Shown one piece after another: positions 42,689 to 51,979 of a DNA stretch of 64,000 nucleotides (positions are counted from its first letter, which is position 1; each line of letters starts with the position of its first letter). Origin of the DNA: an uncultured Desulfarculus sp. (lineage in GTDB: Bacteria; Desulfobacterota; Desulfarculia; Desulfarculales; Desulfarculaceae). Under the pieces are notes generated by a model. It saw only the letters and a program-made list of their open reading frames with translations, ran no database searches and was not told the origin of the DNA. The stretch lies in contig CAXXUK010000001.1 in the NCBI GenBank assembly GCA_963665125.2, positions 2,528,001-2,592,000 of the forward strand, written 5' to 3'. A program made the position numbers and the translations under genes.

Positions 42689-44143
42689 TTAGCCCTTGGG
42701 CAGTTTGATCACGGTATAGTTGCGGCGATTGCCACGCTGGTAGTAAACCATCATGCCGTCGCCGGGTTCCAGTTCATCTATCATGTTCTTGAACGTCTCA
42801 ATGCTGTCGACCGGTTTACGGTTGGCCTCGATAATGACGTCTCCGCTCTTGAGACCGGCCTCGGCAGCCGGGCTGCCCTCTCTCACGCCGCTGACCACCA
42901 GGCCTTGGGGCTTGTCCAGGCCAAACTGTTCGGCAAGCTCGGGCGTTACCTGCTGCAGGGTCATGCCCAGCTTTTCTTCGGCCTCCTTCTGGCGTTCGGT
43001 GGGCTGGGCCGCCGTTTCGTTCATCTCGCCGATGTGGACCTCGAGTTCCTTTTCATCGCCGTCGCGGATGACCACAACCTCGACATCCTTGCCCACCGGC
43101 GTATCGGCCACCAGCGCCGGAAGGTCATGCCAGTTTTCCACGTCCTTGCCGTCGTACTCGATGATCACATCCCCGTTCTTCAGGCCGGCCTTGTCGGCCG
43201 GAGAGCCCTTGATGACCTGGGCCACCAACGCGCCGACGGGTTTTTTCATATCGAGCTGCTCGGCCAGCTCAGGGGTGACGGGCTGGAAGTAGATGCCCAG
43301 ATAGCCCCGGACCACCTTGCCCTTGTCCCTAAGCTGGGCCGCGATCTTTTTGACCATGTTCACCGGTATGGCAAAACCTATACCTTGGCCCTGGGCCGTG
43401 ATAGCCGTGTTGATGCCCACGACCTCGCCGCGCAGGTTGATCAGCGGACCGCCGGAGTTGCCGGGGTTGATGCTGGCGTCGGTCTGTAAAAAGTCGTCAT
43501 AGGGGCCCGCGCCGATGATTCGTCCCTTGGCGCTGATGATGCCTGCTGTTACGGTGTTTTCCAGGCCAAAGGGGTTGCCCACGGCCAGAACCCAGTCGCC
43601 CACCCTCAGTTTGGCGCTGTCGCCCAGTGGAAGATACGGCAAATCATCCTGGGCCTCGACCTTTATCAGGGCGAGGTCGGTTTTGGCGTCGCGGCCAATG
43701 ACCTTGGCCGGCAGTTCCTTGCCGCCCTTGAAGCGCACCACGATCTCATCGGCCTTGTCGACCACATGGTTGTTGGTGATCAGATAGCCCTTGGCGTCGA
43801 TTATCACGCCCGAGCCCAAGGAACGCTGCTTGAACTCCTTGGACTCACCCTTGGGGCCGGGCCTGCCGAAAAACCGCTCAAAAAACTCGTCCGGGAACGG
43901 GTTGTTCTGTCCCCGGCCACCGGGCTGACCTTGGAAGAACTTCATCATGGGCGAGCCCTTGACGGTCTTGACAATGCGGATATTGACCACCGCCGGCGAC
44001 ACCTGTTCCACCAAATCGGCAAAGCTGGCCGACGGCAGGCTGGTTTTGCTTTCGGCCAGTGCCGGCAGCGCCAAAACCAGGGCCAGAAGCACCGCCGCAC
44101 CCATGACCGTCACTCTGGTCATTGTTTGTTTGAATTTAATCAT
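42689..44143 (-). CDS. DegP/DegQ (HtrA) serine endoprotease with two PDZ domains
   Basis: Signal peptide, GSGVII, TNNHVV, DLAL, INPGNSGGPL. Confidence 0.93.
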   Translation of the reverse strand: MIKFKQTMTRVTVMGAAVLLALVLALPALAESKTSLPSASFADLVEQVSPAVVNIRIVKTVKGSPMMKFFQGQPGGRGQNNPFPDEFFERFFGRPGPKGESKEFKQRSLGSGVIIDAKGYLITNNHVVDKADEIVVRFKGGKELPAKVIGRDAKTDLALIKVEAQDDLPYLPLGDSAKLRVGDWVLAVGNPFGLENTVTAGIISAKGRIIGAGPYDDFLQTDASINPGNSGGPLINLRGEVVGINTAITAQGQGIGFAIPVNMVKKIAAQLRDKGKVVRGYLGIYFQPVTPELAEQLDMKKPVGALVAQVIKGSPADKAGLKNGDVIIEYDGKDVENWHDLPALVADTPVGKDVEVVVIRDGDEKELEVHIGEMNETAAQPTERQKEAEEKLGMTLQQVTPELAEQFGLDKPQGLVVSGVREGSPAAEAGLKSGDVIIEANRKPVDSIETFKNMIDELEPGDGMMVYYQRGNRRNYTVIKLPKG

Positions 44144-44167
44144 ATTTTTCTCCGCGCGAATGGCCCG

Positions 44168-44584
44168 TTATTTGTTCATGTGAACATATGCCAAACGCAG
44201 GTCCGTCAATATATTATCTACAATGCGCTGCTCCTCGTCGGTGAGGTTTCCGGTTGTCTTTTCCTTGAGCATTCCTATGGTATCAATGGCATGGCGGGCC
44301 AAAGGCAGGTTCGGCTGGGCCGGTTGGCCGCTCTCGAAATCAGGGATTTGACCCAAATGCATCATCGCCGCATGGGCCAAAGACAGCACCAGGCCGGCGA
44401 AATCCACCGGAGGCAGTTGGGCGTCAGGCGGAGGCATTTGTTCATTGCCAACCGCTTGATCCGTTTTATCCTCAGCAGTTGCATCGTCCGCGGCCTGTGC
44501 CTGCTCCTGCTGGTCTTTCAAGTTTCCCTGATCATCAAAGGACCGCCGGTCTTTTACCGTGAAGCCTTGATCCTGTTCACTCAT
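44168..44584 (-). CDS. DUF1844 family protein
   Basis: GFTVKDRRSF, HLGQIPD, ARHAIDTIGML.EKT.GNLT.EE. Confidence 0.8.
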   Translation of the reverse strand: MSEQDQGFTVKDRRSFDDQGNLKDQQEQAQAADDATAEDKTDQAVGNEQMPPPDAQLPPVDFAGLVLSLAHAAMMHLGQIPDFESGQPAQPNLPLARHAIDTIGMLKEKTTGNLTDEEQRIVDNILTDLRLAYVHMNK

Positions 44585-44676
44585 TGCAACCCCCTCTATC
44601 GGTGCAGTGTGGGATATGTTTCAACAATCAAATTATAAACAATATAAGACCGGCCATCGGCGGAGGCAAGCGGCCA

Positions 44677-44720
44677 AAAGAAAAGGCGGCAACTCGTAGA
44701 GCAACTACGAATCGCCGCCT
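44677..44720 (-). terminator. Intrinsic terminator after serA
   Basis: AGGCGGC...GCCGCCT stem followed by TTTCTTTT on the minus strand. Confidence 0.7.
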
Positions 44721-44742
44721 CGTTACAGCTAATTGCTGGTGC

Positions 44743-45693
44743 TTACTTGGCCGGAGCGTTCACCGCGAACTCAGGCTTGCCGCCCTTGAGAAAGGCGCTC
44801 ATCTGGTTTGCCACGGCCACGGCCACGTTTTCCTGGGCTTCAAAGGTATTGGCGCCCAGATGCGGGGTGCAGACCACGTCCTCGGCATAGACCAAACGGC
44901 TATTGGAGGGCAGTGGTTCGACCTCGAAAACATCCAAAGCCGCGCCGGCCAGCTTACCTTCTTCCAAGGCGTCGCAAAGGGCCTCCTCGTCAACGATGCC
45001 GCCACGGGCGCAGTTGATCAGGTATGCGCCGGCCTTCATCTTCTTGAAGGTCTCGCCGTTGAACAGACAGGCGGTCTCCTTGGTCTTGGGCACGTGGATG
45101 GAGATGTAATCCGACTCGGCCAGCAGATCGTCAAAAGGCTTGGGCTCGGCGCCACGGGACTTGATGGTCTCATCGTCCATGAAGGGATCAAAGCCCAGGA
45201 CATTCATCTTGCAGCCGGTGGCCAGTTCGGCCAAAACCTTGCCGATGTTGCCCAGGCCAATGATACCCAGGGTCTTGCCCTTGAGCTCGCGGCCGCGAAG
45301 CTGCTTTTTCTCCCACTTGCCGTCCTTGACGCCCCGGTTGCCCCGGCCGATGTGGCGGCTGATGGCAAAAAGGTGGCCCATTGCCAATTCGGCGGCAGCG
45401 TTGGAGTTCTGCCCTGGGGTGTTCATTACGATTACACCCTTTTCGGTGCAGGCGGGGATATCGACGTTGTCCAGGCCGGTACCGGCGCGGCCCACAACCT
45501 TGAGGCTGTCGGCAGCGGCCAGCAGGTCCGCGTTGACCTTTGTGGCGCTGCGGATAACCAAACCGTCGACGCCCTTGATGACCTTTTTCAGTTCTTCAGG
45601 GTCCAAGCCGGTGTTGACTTCCACGTCAAAACCCTCGGCCTTGAAAATCTCGATGCCCTTGTCATGCAGGGGATCGGAAATCAGAATCTTCAT
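44743..45693 (-). CDS. serA: D-3-phosphoglycerate dehydrogenase (short form, no ACT domain)
   Basis: IRSATKV, GRAGTGLDNVD, GLGNIG, NCARGG, TPHLGA. Confidence 0.82.
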   Translation of the reverse strand: MKILISDPLHDKGIEIFKAEGFDVEVNTGLDPEELKKVIKGVDGLVIRSATKVNADLLAAADSLKVVGRAGTGLDNVDIPACTEKGVIVMNTPGQNSNAAAELAMGHLFAISRHIGRGNRGVKDGKWEKKQLRGRELKGKTLGIIGLGNIGKVLAELATGCKMNVLGFDPFMDDETIKSRGAEPKPFDDLLAESDYISIHVPKTKETACLFNGETFKKMKAGAYLINCARGGIVDEEALCDALEEGKLAGAALDVFEVEPLPSNSRLVYAEDVVCTPHLGANTFEAQENVAVAVANQMSAFLKGGKPEFAVNAPAK

Positions 45694-45698
45694 GATAT

Positions 45699-46835
45699 CT
45701 ACTCCGCGAACACCTTTTGGGCGGCGGCCACGCCAGCACCCATTTCAAACTTGTAACCCAAACCGGCCAGGGCCATTTCAATGGCGCTGATACCCTGAAT
45801 GGTGTCGAACTCGTTGATGTAGCCCATATGAGCCACACGGAAGATCTTGCCTTTGGCCTGATCCTGGCCGCCGGCAATAAAAATACCGTACTTGTCCTTG
45901 AGCCACTTGACCACATCCTGAGCATCGATGCCGGCCGGGGCCTCGACAGCGGTCAGGGCCTGGCTGATGCATTCCTTGGAGTACAACTCCAGGCCGATGG
46001 CGGTCATGGCGGACTTGAAGGCCTTGCTCTTCTTGGCGGCCTCGGCAAAGATGGTGTCCATGCCGATTTCATCAATGAGGTCGAAGATATCCAGAAGGCC
46101 GAAGAACAGGGTCACCGGCGAGGTGAAAGCACCCTTGTTCTGGCTCTGGGTCTTCAGTTCCTTGGCCCATGAAAAATAGAATTTCGGGCACTTGGAATCG
46201 GCCATCATCTTCTTGGCCTTTTCGTTGATGCTTACGAAGGCCAGACCCGGAGGCAGCATCAAGGCCTTTTGAGAGCCGCTGATCACCACGTCGATGCCCC
46301 ACTCGTCGGTGGGGATGTCATAGGCCAACAGGGCGCTGACAGCGTCGACGACCAACACGGCGTTTGTCTTGGCGGTAACCTCGGCAAGCTCCTTGATGGG
46401 ATGGGCCACGCCGGTTGAGGTTTCAAGGGCCTGGACGTAAACGGCCTTGATGGAGGGATCGTCGGCCAGCATCTTGGCCACGTCGGCGGGCTTGACTGCA
46501 TGGCCCCACGGCACATCCAGGTTCACCGGCTGCACGCCGTAGGCTTCCATGATCATGGTCCAACGTTCGCCGAACTTGCCGCCGCGGATGGCGATGGCCT
46601 TGTCACCGGGAGAAAGAAGGTTGGCCACGGAGCTTTCCATGGCGCCGGTACCGCTGGAACAGAAAGTGAGCACATCGTTTTCGGTCTTGAATATTTTTTT
46701 CAAGCCGGTGCGCACTTTGCCGAATATCTCCAAAAAGTCGGCGCTGCGGTGGTGAATCAGCGGCTGGGCCATTGCCAGCAGCGTGCGGGAAGGCACCGGG
46801 GTGGGGCCGGGAGCCAACAGAGAAACCTTCTTCAT
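45699..46835 (-). CDS. Class V PLP aminotransferase (alanine-glyoxylate/serine-pyruvate family; probable phosphoserine aminotransferase)
   Basis: LLAPGPTPVP, HHRS, SGTGAME, VVDAVS, SGSQKALMLPPGL, FRVAHMG; directly upstream of serA. Confidence 0.85.
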   Translation of the reverse strand: MKKVSLLAPGPTPVPSRTLLAMAQPLIHHRSADFLEIFGKVRTGLKKIFKTENDVLTFCSSGTGAMESSVANLLSPGDKAIAIRGGKFGERWTMIMEAYGVQPVNLDVPWGHAVKPADVAKMLADDPSIKAVYVQALETSTGVAHPIKELAEVTAKTNAVLVVDAVSALLAYDIPTDEWGIDVVISGSQKALMLPPGLAFVSINEKAKKMMADSKCPKFYFSWAKELKTQSQNKGAFTSPVTLFFGLLDIFDLIDEIGMDTIFAEAAKKSKAFKSAMTAIGLELYSKECISQALTAVEAPAGIDAQDVVKWLKDKYGIFIAGGQDQAKGKIFRVAHMGYINEFDTIQGISAIEMALAGLGYKFEMGAGVAAAQKVFAE

Positions 46836-47097
46836 TTGGACGCTCCTTCAAATATAGTGCTAAGCTGCCATGAGCGTAGCTGCTTTAGCCGACAAGACGA
46901 CCCGCGTCCAGTCGGCGTCCGGTGACCAGGCATTTGCCTTGATCCCGGCATATCTCATCTATTTGTCATGTAGACCCGTCTTGTAAAAAGCGGGCTGTGG
47001 GGCAGCCAGCCGAGCCCCTGGAAATCATCCGGGGGGCCAAGACAAGCAATCGGAAAAGGCATAGGGTTTACCCAGCCTAATCCGAAACTAAAGGATG

Positions 47098-47125
47098 GGT
47101 ATAGCACAAAACTGACGCCTGTCAA
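47098..47125 (-). promoter_or_regulatory. Candidate promoter of the aminotransferase-serA operon
   Basis: TTGACA-N16-TATACC with an extended -10 TG. Confidence 0.55.
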
Positions 47126-47358
47126 GGCAATTGTATACAGTAGCAGGCCGGGGTTGAACAAACAATCCCAAGGGCCCCGAAGCCCCCCCAATAACCCATG
47201 GCTATTCGGCCTACCCTTTTCCATTATTCAAACTTTGGACGGCTAACTGAAAGGGCGCTGCCGGTCGGCGCAATCGGCGCTCTAGGCCGTGGATGCGCTC
47301 AATTCAATGAAGGATTATGATCCTATCTGGTTCAGGCCAGATAAGGATTGGTGCATGC

Positions 47359-47398
47359 AAAAAAAATGGATTCGGGAGGCTTGAAGCCCCCCGAATCC
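47359..47398 (-). terminator. Intrinsic terminator after the porin-like gene
   Basis: GGATTCGGG...CCCGAATCC stem followed by a T-run. Confidence 0.75.
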
Positions 47399-47428
47399 CG
47401 GGGTGATTAGGTTATGTGTTCGTCTTTA

Positions 47429-48703
47429 TTAGAAGACGAAGAGGAGAGCCACGCCGAACAGCCACTCGGTGCCGTAGTCGGAGCTCTGGGTCTTGCCATT
47501 AAGGTCGGTGTACTTCTGATGCATGACGTCGCCGTAGTTGAAGTAGGCGACTTCAGGCTGCACGGTGAAGTACTTGTTGATCTTGTAGTTGATGGCGGCA
47601 AAGGCAGTCCAACGGGAGAAGTTGTCCTCGCGGTAGCCGGCCTTCTTCCAGTTGTCGTTGTTGGTGTAAACATAGCCGAAGCCCAGGATAGGCTTCCACT
47701 GACCAACGGTGTAGCTCAGCTCGAGGGTGGCACCCCACTGCTTGGAGTCTTCAACCTTGCCGTTGCTGTCCCACACCGGAATGGCCTGGGGCTGCGGCAT
47801 GGCAACACCGGAACCGAAGAAGGCAGTAGTGCCGACCTGGCCCCATTCGCAGTCGATGTTCTGGCCGTAGTAGGCCTGAGCCTTGACACCAAAGCCAGCG
47901 GCGCTCCAGGACAGAGGAACCTGGACAACCCAGTTCACGACCGTGTCGTCGCGACCGGAGCTGACGCCGTCATACTTCATCTGGGAGATCGAGAAGCCGG
48001 GGATGGCCATGAAGTTACCCAGGCGGATTGCCCACGCCAGGTCGGCGCGCGGCAGAGCGAAGTAAGCCTGGGAGGTACCGATGGCGGAACCACCCATGGT
48101 CAGGACCTGCAGGCCGGGGACCTGCTCGGCGCCGGCCTGGCCCAGAGCGATGCTCAGCAGACCGACCGGGCTGGTGTACTCAAAGCGGACTTGCGGATAA
48201 CGGCCGCTGTACAGGTAACCCCAACGGAGCAAGAGGATCTTGGCGCTCTGGTTGGTGCCCAGAAGCTGGCCGGGAGCGGCAAACAGGGAACCGAACACAC
48301 CGTCAGTGTGACCGGCGACCAGCTTGCAATTACCGGCTTTCCACCAGCCGTAGGCGTAACGCAGGCCGACGGACTCGGTGCGGGCCGTGGCCGTGGAGGA
48401 AGCAACATACAACTCGGCGTGGGCGCCGGTGCTCTTGTCGCCGCTTGTCCACTTGGCGCCAAAGTAGCTGTTGGCGTTGAGCTGGACGAAGTTGGTGGTG
48501 TAGCTGTCACGAATGCGGCCCTTCATGTCCAGGGCGAACGCGTTGGTGGCGAGCTCTTCACTCATGTACTGGTAACCGAAGTCAGTCCACAGACGACCGA
48601 TCACCGTAAAGCTTGCGCCAGGCGCCTCGGCCTGGGCCCAAGCCGGAGCAGTAGTGGCCACAAGAGCTACTACCGCAACCAGAATAGCAAAATATTTTTT
48701 CAT
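47429..48703 (-). CDS. Outer-membrane beta-barrel / porin-like protein
   Basis: Sec signal peptide (MKKYFAILVAVVALVATTAPAWA), alternating aromatic beta-strands, C-terminal Phe (LLFVF), strong GGAAAGGAG RBS. Confidence 0.72.
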   Translation of the reverse strand: MKKYFAILVAVVALVATTAPAWAQAEAPGASFTVIGRLWTDFGYQYMSEELATNAFALDMKGRIRDSYTTNFVQLNANSYFGAKWTSGDKSTGAHAELYVASSTATARTESVGLRYAYGWWKAGNCKLVAGHTDGVFGSLFAAPGQLLGTNQSAKILLLRWGYLYSGRYPQVRFEYTSPVGLLSIALGQAGAEQVPGLQVLTMGGSAIGTSQAYFALPRADLAWAIRLGNFMAIPGFSISQMKYDGVSSGRDDTVVNWVVQVPLSWSAAGFGVKAQAYYGQNIDCEWGQVGTTAFFGSGVAMPQPQAIPVWDSNGKVEDSKQWGATLELSYTVGQWKPILGFGYVYTNNDNWKKAGYREDNFSRWTAFAAINYKINKYFTVQPEVAYFNYGDVMHQKYTDLNGKTQSSDYGTEWLFGVALLFVF

Positions 48704-48929
48704 TACCGCTTTTCTCCTTTCCCTCTATACAGGCTTGGACAAAAGCATCAGCCCCGAAGGACCAACTTCCGCGGGCGGGATGCTTTTCATCCGATTCTGA
48801 AGTCGACCTTGGCTCACCCCGATCTAAAGAACCGACCCCGGTCGACTTATTTGATGTCAAACTCTTTCAGGTTTCCAAAGACCATAGGTGTATGGCGCAA
48901 GGTGGAAGCCCTTGAAACTATCGTACTTC

Positions 48930-48959
48930 AAGCTAGCAATCTGCGTTTCGCGGTGTCAA
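48930..48959 (-). promoter_or_regulatory. Candidate promoter of the porin-like gene
   Basis: TTGACA-N18-TAGCTT with an extended -10 TG. Confidence 0.5.
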
Positions 48960-48978
48960 CTACAAAGTTACTAATCGA

Positions 48979-49569
48979 TCAGTTTCCTTTGGTGGATCCC
49001 TTGTCAGTATGCCGGATCAACCGCTGGTTAACTGTTTTCCAACTGTATGCGCCTGTCTTTTTCTTGGAACCAATCCTCTTGGCAACTGATGATAACAAAA
49101 CCCTGATCACAATATAAAGAACAATAAATCCGGCGGCGTAATTTATTTCACCAAATGGAGACCCAAATGGCACATCCTCAAAGCGCATACGCAGCCAGGC
49201 CGCCGCGAAAAAGGCCGGCCAAAGCGAACTGGCCCCCATGGCTATGTTCAAAAAAAAGGCCTTGCCAAAGGCTTCGTTGCCGAGCTTGTTTATTCCCCGC
49301 CAGGCCTCCTTGTCGCCGCTGCGCAGGGCGTTCATGGAGGCCTCGTGCATTCGGGCCACTTCATCGCCGGTTTTGTTCACATGTTTTTGGTTGATCCTGT
49401 AAACCAGTTTCATGGTCAGCGATCCGGCCAACACCGCCCAAAGCGCCAACACCGCCGTGCCCAGCCATAACCCGATTATCGGATCCTCCGGCCAGCGGTA
49501 AGGAGCAATCAAAAACGCATCCAGCCAGGACCAGGCCTGAAACAAGACGCCAAGCACAGTTTGCATCAT
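48979..49569 (-). CDS. Hypothetical membrane protein
   Basis: About three hydrophobic segments with an intervening helical region (ARMHEASMNALRSGDK..WRGINKLGNEAFGKAFF). Confidence 0.7.
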   Translation of the reverse strand: MMQTVLGVLFQAWSWLDAFLIAPYRWPEDPIIGLWLGTAVLALWAVLAGSLTMKLVYRINQKHVNKTGDEVARMHEASMNALRSGDKEAWRGINKLGNEAFGKAFFLNIAMGASSLWPAFFAAAWLRMRFEDVPFGSPFGEINYAAGFIVLYIVIRVLLSSVAKRIGSKKKTGAYSWKTVNQRLIRHTDKGSTKGN

Positions 49570-49577
49570 TCCGCTCT

Positions 49578-49611
49578 AAAAACTCCGGGCCGACTATCTC
49601 GCCGGCCCGGA
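49578..49611 (-). terminator. Terminator-like hairpin between the TSUP gene and the downstream membrane protein gene
   Basis: TCCGGGCCG...CGGCCCGGA stem followed by GTTTTT. Confidence 0.65.
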
Positions 49612-49636
49612 TTGTTCCAAACTATTTTCGCATGGC

Positions 49637-51028
49637 CTAGAAGGGGGGAAGAATCGCCAGTCCGAACAGGCCCTTGAATGTGTAACGCAGACCCACGTAG
49701 AAGGCCAGCACGATGAAGATGATGCGCAACCACTTATCCGGGATGAACTTGGAGGTGCGCGGGCCGATCATCGAGCCGATGAAGATGCCCACAAGCTCCG
49801 CGCCGATCAGGCCCCACTCGACCACGACGCCCTTGCCGACCATGTAGGTGAAGATGCTGACGATCATGCCCACCAGCACCACCAGTCCGGAGGTGCCGGC
49901 CACCAGGAACATGGGCAGGCCGGCCACGCTGGTCAGGAAAGGCACGAACAAAAAGCCGCCGCCCACGCCCAGGAACGAGGCCAATGCGGCGATGACGATG
50001 CCGCCCAGCATGGGGATGAAGGCCTTGAACTCGAACTCGACGCCGAAGAAGGTGAACTTGACCTTGCCGATGAGAATGGTCAGCAACCAGCCGACGCAGG
50101 CTAGACACACGGCGATCCAGAACCAGGGGTCGAGCCAGGCGTCGACCTTGGGATCGGCGAACAGCTTGTAAACCAGGGCGCTGGCCACCACGCAAAGCAG
50201 CGCGGCAATCATGATCGTCCAACTGCCCTTGATGATCTTGACGCCCTGATCGGAGGTGTCGCCGCCCTCGGCAACGGCCTTTTCAAAGGCTGCCGCCGAC
50301 GCCTTGGCTTTTTGCTTTTTCGCCTGGCCCTTGGCGGTCAGATCGCGCAGCAGCATGAAGCCCAGCAAAAGCACGCACAGGCCGAAGTAACCGATGTAGT
50401 CCTTGAGGCTGACCTTTCCCGCGCTGATGGCCGGGACCAGCCATGAGCCGCCCACGCCGCCCACGGCCAGGCAGATGCCCAGCGGGGCCACCAGACGGCC
50501 CATGCGGTAGTAGTTGATTGCGCCGATAAAGGCCGAAAGGCCCACAAGCCACTGGTTCGACACGCGGATGGAGTCGGTTACCAGATTGTTCATGGGGCTG
50601 CCCTTGCCGAATTTGCTGGCATAGTCGCCGAAGCCGAAGATGGTGATATGGCCCACGCCGGCCATGATGCCGCCGAAGGCGCCCACCGTGGAGAATATCC
50701 AGCCCACCCAGACGGCCCATAGCAGGCCCCAGATGTAACCCACGGTAGGACCGCCGGGAATGCCCAAAAGGCCCGGCTCATCACCGGGTTTGACCACGCT
50801 TTTGAATTTCTCGGCGGTCGCCGGGTCGGCCAAGCTCTTGGCAATGGCCTTCTTGACCCGTTCCGGCATGCCGGGGGTGTAGTAGGCATCCGCCGCCGTT
50901 TGGCCGGACGCCGCCGCGGCAACGGCGGGTTGGGCCTGGCCCTCCTGAGCCGCGGCCAACGACGCCGCGCCAAAGGCGATTGTCGCGGCGAAAATAAAAA
51001 TCAAAAGAGGGACCAGCTTCAACTTCAT
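49637..51028 (-). CDS. TSUP (TauE/SafE) family anion permease with N-terminal exported extension
   Basis: SFLGVGGGFLFVPFL, VAGTS, GSMIG repeats; many TM segments; signal-peptide-like N-terminus; GGAGG RBS before ATG 51028. Confidence 0.8.
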   Translation of the reverse strand: MKLKLVPLLIFIFAATIAFGAASLAAAQEGQAQPAVAAAASGQTAADAYYTPGMPERVKKAIAKSLADPATAEKFKSVVKPGDEPGLLGIPGGPTVGYIWGLLWAVWVGWIFSTVGAFGGIMAGVGHITIFGFGDYASKFGKGSPMNNLVTDSIRVSNQWLVGLSAFIGAINYYRMGRLVAPLGICLAVGGVGGSWLVPAISAGKVSLKDYIGYFGLCVLLLGFMLLRDLTAKGQAKKQKAKASAAAFEKAVAEGGDTSDQGVKIIKGSWTIMIAALLCVVASALVYKLFADPKVDAWLDPWFWIAVCLACVGWLLTILIGKVKFTFFGVEFEFKAFIPMLGGIVIAALASFLGVGGGFLFVPFLTSVAGLPMFLVAGTSGLVVLVGMIVSIFTYMVGKGVVVEWGLIGAELVGIFIGSMIGPRTSKFIPDKWLRIIFIVLAFYVGLRYTFKGLFGLAILPPF

Positions 51029-51273
51029 GCTTTCCTCCATTGGCCAATTTATTCGACGCCGGAGTCGATTCGACCAACCGGCCCGGTTTCACTAAAATGG
51101 TTTTAACACAAGAAATCGGGTTGTGTCCAGAAAGCTAACCCCGCAAAAGAAAAAGAAAACAATAGCAACAATACCTATAGTGCGGGTTATCGTGATCGAT
51201 GTAACAAACCTGTGACCCACCGGCCTCATATAGGGCAGATTTGCGCCCTGAACAGATCATATGTACCCGGGGT

Positions 51274-51954
51274 TTATGTTTCAGACGAATTGGAATGCAA
51301 ACGGCCTTGAGCCCGCACCAGGGCCGCGCTCAAGGCTGTAAACAACCTGTCGTGGGCCTCAGCCACAGTAATGTCCCGGCCGGCCTCCTGGCTGAGGCTG
51401 GTGGATTGGGCATCAAGCCCGCAGGCCTCTATATAGTCGTAGTGGCTCAGGTTGGTGCAGACGTTGAGGGCCAGGCCGTGCATGCTCACCTTTTGGGGCA
51501 GCGCCAGGCCCACGGCGGCTATCTTGCGGCCGTCGGAAGTCCACACGCCGGGGCGCTCGTCGTCCCAATGGCAATCCACGCCATAGGAGGCCACCACCTC
51601 GATGATGCAATCGGCCACCGCCCCCACCAGGGCCTTGACGCCCAGTTTGCGGGCCCGCAGATCGACCACCGGATAAACGACGGCCTGGCCCTGGCCATGG
51701 TAGGTGACGTCTCCGCCGCGCTCGACGTTGTAGACCTTGAAGCCCTGATCGGCCAGTTGCCGGTCTGTCAGCAGGATATGTTCCCGGCCGCCGCGCTTGC
51801 CCAGGGTGAACACCGCCGGGTGCTCAACGCAGATGATGGCGTCCGGTTTTTCGCCGGCAACGCGCTGGGCATGCCTGGCGCGCATGGCCTCCAGAGACTC
51901 CAGGTAATCCATCAGCCCCCAGTCAAGGCGTTCAAATCCATTTGCGTCAATCAT
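51274..51954 (-). CDS. lipB: Octanoyltransferase
   Basis: VEHPAVFTLG, ERGGDVTYHG.GQ, RKIAAVG, HGLALN, IEACG. Confidence 0.92.
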   Translation of the reverse strand: MIDANGFERLDWGLMDYLESLEAMRARHAQRVAGEKPDAIICVEHPAVFTLGKRGGREHILLTDRQLADQGFKVYNVERGGDVTYHGQGQAVVYPVVDLRARKLGVKALVGAVADCIIEVVASYGVDCHWDDERPGVWTSDGRKIAAVGLALPQKVSMHGLALNVCTNLSHYDYIEACGLDAQSTSLSQEAGRDITVAEAHDRLFTALSAALVRAQGRLHSNSSET

Positions 51955-51979
51955 AGTCGTCTTTCCAAACCCCGCCGCG

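Noticed and set aside
46860..46945. Resemblance to a c-di-GMP-I riboswitch (GGCAAA...GGACGC...CUAA...AUGGCAGC)
   Set aside because: Lacks the GNRA-capped P2 stem and the GCAAAGC junction, and the spacing does not fit
46955..47224. 89-aa minus-strand ORF
   Set aside because: Spans the predicted promoter and structured leader; atypical composition and no motifs
48704..48900. Possible Moco/Wco riboswitch (CUAUGGU, GGAAAC, GGAAAGGAG fragments)
   Set aside because: The core CUCCGAG, CCUAA and GCCUCCC elements are missing or out of order
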